Source: the human T2T-CHM13v2.0 reference genome, Homo sapiens. From it: DNA of 64,000 bases. A program made the translations under genes and the position numbers. The notes under the pieces were generated by a model. It was not told where the DNA came from and ran no database searches. It saw only the letters and a program-made list of their open reading frames with translations. Numbering within the stretch: the stretch's first letter is position 1; every line of letters starts with the position of its first letter. The stretch lies in NCBI RefSeq assembly GCF_009914755.1, contig NC_060945.1; one strand, written 5' to 3'. This document shows, piece after piece, positions 28,201 through 40,500 of this stretch.

Positions 28201-31200
28201 AGGAATGGAATGGAATGGAAACTAATGGAATGGAATGGAAACAACCCGAGTGGAATGGAATGGAATGGAATGGAATGGAATGGAATGGAATACAACAAAA
28301 TGGAAACAACCCGAGTGGAATGGCATGGAATGGAAAGGACTTGAATATAATGGAATGGATTGGAATCAACCCGATTAGAAACTAATGGAATTGAATGGAA
28401 TGGAATGGAATAGAATGGAATGGAATGGAATGGCATGGAATCTACCCGAGTGGAATGGAATTGAATGGAATTTAATGGAATGGAATGGAATAGAATGGTA
28501 TGGAATCAACCCGAGTGGAATGGTATAGAATGGAACGTAATGGAACGGAATGGAATGGAATAAAACAGAATGGAATGGAATGGAAACAACCCGAGTGGGA
28601 TGGAATGGAATGGAATGGAGTGGAATGGAATGGAATGGAATGGAGTGGAATGGAATGGAATAGAATGGAATGGAATAGAATGGAATGGAATGAAATGGAA
28701 TAGAATGAAATGGAAAGGAATGGAATGGAAATAACCCGAGTGGAATGGAATGGAATGGAATGGAATGGAATGGAATGGAATGGAATGGAATGGAATCAAC
28801 CCAAGTTAAATGGAATGGAATGGAATGGAACGGAATATAATGGAATGGAACGGAATCATCCCTACTGGAATGGAATGGTATGGAATGCAATGGAATGGAG
28901 TGGAACAGAACGGAATGGAATGGAATGGAATTGATTGAAACCGAGTGGAATTGAATGGAAGGGAATGCATTGGAAAGGAATGGAAAGGATTCAACCCGAG
29001 TGGAATGTAATGGATTGGAATGGAGTGGAATGGAATGGAATGGAATAGAATGGAATGGAATCAACACAAATGGAATGGAATGGAATGTAATGGAATGGAA
29101 TAGAATGGAAAGGAATGGAATGCAAAGGAATGGAATGGAATGGAATGAAATGGAATAAACCCGAATGGAATGGAATGGAATGGAATGGAATGGAATGGAA
29201 TGGAATGGAATGGAATGGAGTGGAATGGAATAAACACCAGTTTAATGAAATGGAATGGAATGGAATGGAATGGAATGGAATGGAATACAACAAAATGGAA
29301 ACAACCCGAGTGGAATGGCATGGAATGAAAAGGATTGAATATAATGGAATGGATTGGAATCAACCCGATTAGAAACTAATGGAATGGAATGGAATGGAAT
29401 GGAATGGAATGGAATGGAATGGAATCTAACCTAGTGGAATGGAAAGGAATGGAATTTAAAGAAATGAAATGGAATGGAATGGAACAGAATTGAATGGAAT
29501 GGAATGGAATGGAATCTACCCGAGTGAAATGGAATGGAATGGAATTTAATGGAATGGAATGGTATAGAATGTAATGGAATCAACCCCAGTGGAATGGTAT
29601 AGAATGTAATGTAATGGAATGGAATGGAATAAAATGGAATGGAATGGAAACAACCCGAGTGGAATGGAATGGAATAACCGGAGAGGAATGGAATGGAATG
29701 GAGTGGAATGGAATGGAATAGAATGGAATAGAAAGGAATGGAATAGAATGAAATTGAAAAGAATGGAATGGAAACCACCCGAGTGGCATGGAATGGAATG
29801 GAATGGAATGCAATGGAATCAACCCGAGTGGAATGGAAAGGAATGGAATGGAACGGAATATAATGGAATGGAATGGAAACATCCCGAGTGGAATGGAATG
29901 GTATGGAATGCAATTGAATGGTATGGAACAGAACGGAATGAAATGGAATGCAATAGATTGATTGCGAGTGGAATTGAATGGAATGGAATGGATTGGAATG
30001 GAATGGAAAGGATTGGAGTGGAATGGAATGGAATCAACAAGAATGGAATGGAAAGGAATGGAAAGGAATGGAATGGAATGGAATGGAATGGTAAGGAACA
30101 GAATGGAAACAACCCGAGTGGAATGGAATGGAATGGACTGTAATCCACCCGAGTGGAATGGAATGTAATGGAATTGAACGGAATATAATGGAATTGAATG
30201 GAATCATCCCGAGTCGAATGGAATGGTATCTAATGCAATGGAATGGAATGGAACAGAACGGAATGGAATGGAAAGAATAGATTGAATCCAAGTGGAATTG
30301 AATGGAATGAAATGGATTGGAAAGGAATGGAATGGATTGGAATGGAAAGGAATGGATTCAACACGAGTGGAATGTAATGGATTGGAATGGAGTGGAATGG
30401 AATAGAATGGAATCAACACGAATGGAATGGAACGGAATGGAATGGAATGGAATGGAATGCTATGGAATGAAATGGAAAGGAACGGAATAGAATCAACCCA
30501 AGTGTAATGGAATGGAAGGGAATTGAAGGGAATCAACACGAGTGGAACGGAATGGAAAGGAATGCAATGGAATGGAATGGAATGGAATGGAATGGAATGG
30601 AAGGGAATGGAATGGAACGGAAAGGAATCAACCCGAGAGGAGTGGAATGGAATAGAATGGAACCAACCCGAGTGGAATGGAATGCTATGGAATTCAATGG
30701 AATGGAGTGGAACAGAACTGAATGATATGAAATGGAATTGATTGAATCCGAGTGGAATTGAACGGAAGGGAACGGATTGGAATGGAATGGAAAGGATTCA
30801 ACACGAGTGGAATGTAATGGAATGGAGTGGAGTGGAATGGAATGGTATGGAATGTAATGGAATGGAATGGAATGGAATGAAATGGAATAAACCCGAATGC
30901 AATGGAATGGATTGGAATGGAATGGAATGGAATGCAATGGAATGGAATGGAATGAAATGGAAAGGAGTGCAATGGAATAAACACCAGTGGAACGAAATGG
31001 AATGGAATGAAATGGAATGGAACGGTATGGAATGGAATGGAATGGAATGCAATGGAGTGAAATCAAACCAAGTAGAATGGAACGGAATGGAATGGAATGG
31101 AATGGAATAGAAAGGAATGGAATCAACTGGAATGGAATGAAATGGAATGGCATGGAGTGGAATGGAATGCAGTGCAATGGAATCAACAAGAGTGGAATGC

Positions 31201-31780
31201 AATGGAATGGAATGGAATGGAATGAAATGTAATGGAGTGGAATGGAATGGAATGGAATCAACCCGAGTGGAGTGGAATAAAATGGAATGGAATGGAATGG
31301 AATCAACCTGAGTGGAACGGAATGGAATGGAATGGAACGGAGTGGAATGGTATCAACCAGAGTGGACTGGAATGGAATGGAATGGAATAGAATGGAACGG
31401 AATGGAATGGAATGGAATGGAATGGAAACTACTGGAATGGAATGGAGACAACCCGAGTGGAATAGAATGCAATGGAATGGAATGGAGTGGAATGGAATGG
31501 AATGGAATGGAATCAACCCGACTGGAATGGAATGGAATGGAAAGGAATGAAAGGAATGCAATGGAATGGAATGGTATGGAATGCAATGGGAAGGAATTGA
31601 ATGGAATGGAACGGAATGGAACGGAACGGAGTGGAATCGAATGGACCCCAATGGAATGGAATGGAATGGAATGGATTGGAATGGAATGGAACCGAATTAA
31701 CACGAGTGGAATGGAATGTAATGGAATGGAGCGGAATGGAGTGGAAAGGAATGGAATGGAATGGAATGGAATGGAATGGA
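25246..31780 (+). repeat. ~7.0 kb near-identical tandem duplication, copy 2 (truncated, ~6.5 kb)
   Basis: Collinear with 18245-24775. Homology stops shortly after GAGCGGAATGGAGTGGAAAGG (~24724 vs ~31729). Confidence 0.92.
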
Positions 31781-34700
31781 ATAACATGCAATCAATCAAC
31801 TTTGGTGCAATGGTATGTAATGGAATGGAATGGAATGGAATGGAATGGAATGGAATGGAATGGAATAAAACGGCATGGAATGAAACAGAATCAACGTGAA
31901 TGGAGTGAAACGGAATGGATTGTAATTGTATGGAATGGAATGGAATGGGAAGGAATCAACAAGAATGGAATGGAATGGAATGGAATGGAATGGAACGGAA
32001 TGGAAGCAACCGGAGTGGAATGAAATGGAATGGAATTGAAAGGAATGGAATGGAATGGAATGGAATGGAATGGAATGGAACGGACCGGAACCGAATGGAA
32101 TTGAATGGAATGGAATCAACCCAAGTGGAAAGGAATGGAATGGAATGGAATGGAATGGAATGGAATGGAATGGAATGGAATGGAATAGCATGCAATCAAC
32201 TTTGGTGGAATGGTATGGAATGGAATGGAATGGAATGGAATGGAATGGAATGGAATGGAATAAAAGGGCATGGCATGGAATGGAACCATTCCGAGGGGAA
32301 TGGTATGGAATGGAATGGAATGGATTGTAATGGAATGGAATAGAAATGAATCAAACCGTGTGGAATTTAATGTAATATAATGTAATGGAAAGGAATGGGA
32401 ACAATGCAATGCAATGGTATCAACTGGAATGGAATGCATTGGAATGGAATGGAATGGAATGGAATCACCCTGAGTGGAAAGGAATAGAATGGAATGGAAA
32501 GGAATGGAATGGAATCAAAACTAATGGAACGGAATGGAAACAACCCGAGTGGAATGGAATGCAATGGAATGGAATGGAATGGAATGCAATGGAATGGAAT
32601 GGAATGGAATGCAGTGGAATGGAATGGAATGGAATGGAATGGAATGGAATGGAATGGAATGGAATACAACAAAATGGAAACAACCCGAGTGGAATGGCAT
32701 GGAATGGAAAGCACTTGAATATAATGGAATGGATTGGAATCAACCCGATTAGAAAATAATGGAATGGAATGGAATGGAATGGAATGGAATGGAATGGAAT
32801 GGAATCTAACCAAGTGGAATGGAAAGGAATGGAATTTAATGGAATGAAATGGAATGGAATGGAACGGAATTGAATATAATGGAATGGAATGGAATCTACC
32901 CGAGTGGAATGGAATGGAATGGAATTTAATGGAATGGAATGGAATAGAATGTAATGGAATCAACCCGAGTGGAATGGTATAGAATGTAATGGAATGCAAT
33001 GGAATGAAATAAAATGGAATGGAATGGAATGGCATGGAAACAACCCGAGTGGAATGGAATGGAATAACCGGAGAGGAATGCAATGGAATGGAGTGGAATG
33101 GAATGGAATAGAATGGAATGGAATGGAATGGAATGGAATGGAATAGAATGAAATTGAAAGTAATGGAATGGAAAACACCCGAGTGGAATGGAATGGAATG
33201 GAATGGAATTTAATGGAATGGAATGGAATGGAATCAACCCGAGTGGAATGGAAAGGAATGGAATGGATCGGAATATAATGGAATGGAATGGAATCAACCC
33301 GAGAGGAACGGAATGAAATGGAATGGAATGGAATGGAATGGAATGGAATGGAATGGAATGGAAATCAGTCAAACCGAGTGGAATGGAATGGAATGGAATG
33401 GAATGGAATGAAATGGAAACAGTGCAAAGCAATGCTATCAAAGGGAATGGAATGCATTGGAATGGAATGGAATGGAATCACCCTGAGTAGAAAGGAATGG
33501 AATGGAATGGAATGGAAAGGATGGAATGGAATGGAAACTAATGGAACGGAATGGAAACAACCCGAGTGGAAGGGAATGTAATGGAATGCAATGGAATGGA
33601 ATGGAATGGAATACAACAAAATGGAAACAACCCGAGTGGAATGGCATGGAATGGAAAGGACTTGAATATAATGAAATGGATTGGAATCAACCCGATTAGA
33701 AACTAATGGAATGGAATGGAATGGAATGGAATGGAATGGAATGGAATGGAATGGAATGGAATCTACACAAGTGGAATGGAATGTAATGGAATTAAATGGA
33801 ATGGAATAGAATGGAATGGAATGGAACGGAGTGGAATGGAATGGAATGGAACGGAATCTACCCGAGTGGAATGGAATGGAATGGGATTTAATGGAATGGA
33901 ATGGAATAGAATGGTATGGAATCAACCCGAGTGGAATGGTAAAGAATGCAAAGTAATGTAAAGTAATGGAATGGAATAAAATGGAATGGAATGGAATGGA
34001 AACAACCCGAGTGGAGTGGACTGGAATGGAATGGAATGGAATGGAATAACCGGAGAGGAATTGAATAGAATGCAGTGTAATGGAATGGAATACAACGGAA
34101 TGGAATGGAATAGAATGAAATGGAAAGGAATGGAATAGAAACAACCCGAGTGGAATGGAATGGAATGGAATCCACCCGAGTGGAATGGAATGCAATGGAA
34201 TTGAACGGAATATAATGGAATTGAAGGGAATCATCCCGAGTGGAATGGAATAGTATTTAATGCAATGGAATGGAAAGGAACAGAACGGAATGGAATGGAA
34301 AGAATAGATTGAATCCAAGTGGATTTGAATGGAATGAAATTGATTGGAAAGGAATGGAATGGATTCTAATGGAAAGGAGTGGATTCAACCCGAGGGAATG
34401 TAATGGATTGGAATGGAGTGGAATGGAATGGAATGTAATCAACACGAATGGAATGGAACGGAATGGAATGGAATGGAATGGAATGCTATGGAATGAAATA
34501 GAAAGGAACGGAATAGAATCAACCCAAATGGAATGGAATGGAATGGAAGGGAATCAACACGTGTGGAATGGAATGGAAAGGAATGCAAAGGAATGGAATG
34601 GAATGGAATGCAATGGAATGGAATGGAATGGAATGGAATGGAATCAACCCGAGTGGAGGGGAATGGAATGGAATGGAATCAACAAGAGTGGAGTGGAATA

Positions 34701-35200
34701 AAATGGAATGGAATGGGATGGAATCAACCTGAGTGGAACGGAATGGAATGGAATGGAACGGAATGGAATGGTATCAACCAGAGTGGACTGGAATGGAATG
34801 GAATGGAATGGAATGGAATGGAATGGAATGGAATGGAACAGAATCAACCTGAGTCAAATAGAATGGAATGGAATGGAATGGAATGCAATGGAATGGAAAC
34901 TACTGGAATGTCATGGAAACAACCCGAGTGGAGTGGAATGGAATGGAATGGAATGGAATGGAATGGATTGGAATGGAATGTAAAGGAATGGAATGGAATC
35001 AACCCGACTGGAGTGGAATGGAAAGGAAAGGAATGAATGGAATGGAATGGAATGGATTGGAATGGAATGGAATGGAATAAACCAGAATGGAATGGAATGA
35101 AATGGAATGGAATGGAGTGGAATGGAATAAACACCAGTGGAATGAAATGGAATGGAAGGAAATGGAATGGAATGGACTGGAATGGAATGGAATGGAATGA

Positions 35201-35340
35201 AATCAACCCGAATAGAATGGAACGGAAAGGAATGTAATGGAATAGAGTGGAATGGAATGGAATGGAATGAAATCAACCCGAATAGAATGGAACGGAAAGG
35301 AATGTAATGGAATAGAGTGGAATGGAATGGAATGGAATGG
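35201..35340 (+). repeat. 70-bp tandem duplication present only in copy 1 of the 5.5 kb duplication
   Basis: AATCAACCCGAATAGAATGGAACGGAAAGGAATGTAATGGAATAGAGTGG occurs at 35201 and 35271, but only once (40751) in copy 2. Confidence 0.9.
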
Positions 35341-35776
35341 AATGGAATGGAATGGAATGGAATGGAATGGAATGGATTCAACCCGAGTGGAATGGAATGG
35401 AATGGAATGCAATGGAATGGAATGGTATGGAATCAACCCTAGTGGAATGGTATGGAATGGAATGGAACGGAACGGAATGGAATTTAATCAACCCGAATGG
35501 AATGGAACGGAATGGAGTGGAATGGTACGGAATGGAATGAAATGGAAAGGAATCAACACGAAGGGTATGGATTGTAATGCAATGGAATGGAATGGAATGG
35601 AATCAACCCGACTGGAATGCAATGGAATAAAATGGAATGGAATGGAACGGAACGGAACGGAACGGAACGGAATTGAAAGGAATGGAATCAACCCGAGTGA
35701 AAAGGAATGGAATGGAAAGGAATGGAATGGAATGGAATGGAATGGAATGGAATGGAGTGGAATGGAATGGAATGGA

Positions 35777-37140
35777 ATAACATGCAATCAACTTTGGTGG
35801 CATGGTATGGAATGGAATAACATGCAATCAAATTTGGTGGAATGGTATTTAAAGAAATGGAAAAGAATGGAATGGAATGGAATAAAAGGGCATTGAAAGG
35901 AAAGGAATCAAACCGAATGGAATGGAACGGAATGGAGTGGAATGGTATGGAATGGAATGGAATGGAAAGAAATCAACCCGATGTGTATGGAATGGAATGG
36001 AATGGAATGGAACGGAATGGAATGGAATCAACACGAGTGGAATGCAATGGAATGAAATGGAATGGAATGGAACGGAACAGAACAGAATTGAATGAAATGG
36101 AATCAACCCAAGTGGAAAGGAATGGAATGGAATGGAATGCAATGGAATGCAATTGAATGGAATGGAATAACATGCAATCAACTTTGGTGGAATGGTATGG
36201 AATGGAATGGAATATAATGGAATGGAATGGAACAAAAGGGCATGGAATGGAACGGAATCAAACCGAATGGAATAGAGCGGAAGGGAGTGGAATGGTATGG
36301 AATGGAATGGAATGGAAAGGAATGAACCTGAAGGGCATAGAATGGAATGGAATGGAATGGAAGGGAATGGAAAGGAATGGAATCAACTCGAGTGGAATGT
36401 AATGGAATGGAATGGAACGGAACGGAACGGAAAGGAATTGAATGGAATGGAATCAACCCGAGTGGAATGGAATGGAATGGAATGCAATGGAATGGAATGG
36501 AATGCAATGGAATGGAATGGAATGGAATGGAATGGAATGGAATGGAATGGAATGGAATGGAATAACATGCAATCAACTTTGGTGGAAAGCTATAGAATGG
36601 AATGGAAGGGAATGGAATGGAATGGAATGGAATGGAATGGAAAGGAATGGAATGGAATGGAATAAAAGGGCATGGAATGGAACAGAATCAACCCGAATGG
36701 AAAGGAACGGAAAGGAGTGGAATGGTATGGAATGGAATGGAATAGAAAGGAATCAACCCGAAGGGTATGGAATGGAATGGAATGGAATGGAATGGAATGG
36801 AATGGAATCAACCCGAGTGGAATGCAATGGAATGAAATGGAAGGGAATGGAATGGAATGGAACGGAACGGAACGGAATGGAACGGAACGGAATTGAATGG
36901 AATGGAATCAATAAAAGTGGAAAGGAATGGAATGGAATGGAATGGAATGGAATGGAATGGAATGGAATGCAATGGAATGGAATGGAATGGAATGGAATGG
37001 AATGGAATGGAATGGAATGCAATGGAATGGAATGGAATGGAATGGAATGGAATGGAATGGAATAGCATGCAATCAACTTTGGTGGAATGGCATGGAATGG
37101 AATGGAATGGAATGGAATAAAAGGGCATGGAATGGAATGG
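35777..37140 (+). repeat. Local array of a ~390-bp sub-module (CATGCAATCAACTTTGGTGG ... AAAAGGGCATGG ... CCCGAAGGGTATGG ... GGAAC run)
   Basis: The CATGCAATCAA marker occurs at ~35781/35821, 36171, 36566 and 37066, and is mirrored at ~41251/41291, 41641, 42036 and 42571. Confidence 0.8.
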
Positions 37141-37535
37141 AATCAACCCGAGAGGAATGGAATGAAATGGAATGGAATGGAATGGAATGGAAATCAGTCA
37201 AACCGAGTGGAATGTAATGTAATGGAATGGAATGGAAACACTGCAAAGCAATGCTATCAAAGGGAATGGAATGCATTGGAATGGAATGGAATGGAATCAC
37301 CCTGAGTAGAAAGGAATGGAATGGAATGGAATGGAACGGATGGAATGGAATGGAAACTAATGGAATGGAATGGAAACAACCCGAGTGGAATGGAATGCAA
37401 TGGAATGGAATGGAATGGAATGGAATGGAATGGAATACAACAAAATGGAAACAACCTGAGTGGAATGGCATGGAATGGAAAGGACTTGAATATAATGGAA
37501 TGGATCAGAATCAACCGGATTAGAAACTAATGGAA

Positions 37536-40500
37536 TGGAATGGAATGGAATGGAATGGAACGGAATGGAAGCAACCGGAGTGGAATGAAATGGAATGGAA
37601 TTGAAAGGAATGGAATGGAATGGAATGGAATGGAATGGAATGGAATGGAACGGACCGGAACCGAATGGAATTGAATGGAATGGAATCAACCCAAGTGGAA
37701 AGGAATGGAATGGAATGGAATGGAATGGAATGGAATGGAATGGAATGGAATAGCATGCAATCAACTTTGGTGGAATGGTATGGAATGGAATGGAATGGAA
37801 TGGAATGGAATGGAATAAAAGGGCATGGCATGGAATGGAACCATTCCGAGGGGAATGGTATGGAATGGAATGGAATGGATTGTAATGGAATGGAATAGAA
37901 ATGAATCAAACCGTGTGGAATTTAATGTAATATAATGTAATGGAAAGGAATGGGAACAATGCAATGCAATGGTATCAACTGGAATGGAATGCATTGTAAT
38001 GGAATGGAATGGAATGGAATCACCCTGAGTGGAAAGGAATAGAATGGAATGGAAAGGAATGGAATGGAATCAAAACTAATGGAACGGAATGGAAACAACC
38101 CGAGTGGAATGGAATGCAATGGAATGGAATGGAATGGAATGCAATGGAATGGAATGGAATGGAATGCAGTGGAATGGAATGGAATGGAATGGAATGGAAT
38201 GGAATGGAATGGAATGGAATACAACAAAATGGAAACAACCCGAGTGGAATGGCATGGAATGGAAAGCACTTGAATATAATGGAATGGATTGGAATCAACC
38301 CGATTAGAAAATAATGGAATGGAATGGAATGGAATGGAATGGAATGGAATGGAATGGAATCTAACCAAGTGGAATGGAAAGGAATGGAATTTAATGGAAT
38401 GAAATGGAATGGAATGGAACGGAATTGAATATAATGGAATGGAATGGAATCTACCCGAGTGGAATGGAATGGAATGGAATTTAATGGAATGGAATGGAAT
38501 AGAATGTAATGGAATCAACCCGAGTGGAATGGTATAGAATGTAATGGAATGCAATGGAATGAAATAAAATGGAATGGAATGGAATGGCATGGAAACAACC
38601 CGAGTGGAATGGAATGGAATAACCGGAGAGGAATGCAATGGAATGGAGTGGAATGGAATGGAATAGAATGGAATGGAATGGAATGGAATGGAATGGAATA
38701 GAATGAAATTGAAAGTAATGGAATGGAAAACACCCGAGTGGAATGGAATGGAATGGAATGGAATTTAATGGAATGGAATGGAATGGAATCAACCCGAGTG
38801 GAATGGAAAGGAATGGAATGGATCGGAATATAATGGAATGGAATGGAATCAACCCGAGAGGAACGGAATGAAATGGAATGGAATGGAATGGAATGGAATG
38901 GAATGGAATGGAATGGAAATCAGTCAAACCGAGTGGAATGGAATGGAATGGAATGGAATGGAATGAAATGGAAACAGTGCAAAGCAATGCTATCAAAGGG
39001 AATGGAATGCATTGGAATGGAATGGAATGGAATCACCCTGAGTAGAAAGGAATGGAATGGAATGGAATGGAAAGGATGGAATGGAATGGAAACTAATGGA
39101 ACGGAATGGAAACAACCCGAGTGGAAGGGAATGTAATGGAATGCAATGGAATGGAATGGAATGGAATACAACAAAATGGAAACAACCCGAGTGGAATGGC
39201 ATGGAATGGAAAGGACTTGAATATAATGAAATGGATTGGAATCAACCCGATTAGAAACTAATGGAATGGAATGGAATGGAATGGAATGGAATGGAATGGA
39301 ATGGAATGGAATCTACACAAGTGGAATGGAATGTAATGGAATTAAATGGAATGGAATAGAATGGAATGGAATGGAACGGAGTGGAATGGAATGGAATGGA
39401 ACGGAATCTACCCGAGTGGAATGGAATGGAATGGGATTTAATGGAATGGAATGGAATAGAATGGTATGGAATCAACCCGAGTGGAATGGTAAAGAATGCA
39501 AAGTAATGTAAAGTAATGGAATGGAATAAAATGGAATGGAATGGAATGGAAACAACCCGAGTGGAGTGGACTGGAATGGAATGGAATGGAATGGAATAAC
39601 CGGAGAGGAATTGAATAGAATGCAGTGTAATGGAATGGAATACAACGGAATGGAATGGAATAGAATGAAATGGAAAGGAATGGAATAGAAACAACCCGAG
39701 TGGAATGGAATGGAATGGAATCCACCCGAGTGGAATGGAATGCAATGGAATTGAACGGAATATAATGGAATTGAAGGGAATCATCCCGAGTGGAATGGAA
39801 TAGTATTTAATGCAATGGAATGGAAAGGAACAGAACGGAATGGAATGGAAAGAATAGATTGAATCCAAGTGGATTTGAATGGAATGAAATTGATTGGAAA
39901 GGAATGGAATGGATTCTAATGGAAAGGAGTGGATTCAACCCGAGGGAATGTAATGGATTGGAATGGAGTGGAATGGAATGGAATGTAATCAACACGAATG
40001 GAATGGAACGGAATGGAATGGAATGGAATGGAATGCTATGGAATGAAATAGAAAGGAACGGAATAGAATCAACCCAAATGGAATGGAATGGAATGGAAGG
40101 GAATCAACACGTGTGGAATGGAATGGAAAGGAATGCAAAGGAATGGAATGGAATGGAATGCAATGGAATGGAATGGAATGGAATGGAATGGAATCAACCC
40201 GAGTGGAGGGGAATGGAATGGAATGGAATCAACAAGAGTGGAGTGGAATAAAATGGAATGGAATGGGATGGAATCAACCTGAGTGGAACGGAATGGAATG
40301 GAATGGAACGGAATGGAATGGTATCAACCAGAGTGGACTGGAATGGAATGGAATGGAATGGAATGGAATGGAATGGAACAGAATCAACCTGAGTCAAATA
40401 GAATGGAATGGAATGGAATGGAATGCAATGGAATGGAAACTACTGGAATGTCATGGAAACAACCCGAGTGGAGTGGAATGGAATGGAATGGAATGGAATG

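Larger units (their letters stand above)
31975..37535 (+). repeat. ~5.5 kb near-identical tandem duplication, copy 1
   Basis: Starts near GAAGCAACCGGAG (32003 vs 37568) and ends at TGGATCAGAATCAACCGGATTAG (37501 vs 43011). Identical ORF pairs: 32465/38020, 32926/38481, 34270/39820, 35842/41312 and 37087/42592. Confidence 0.93.
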
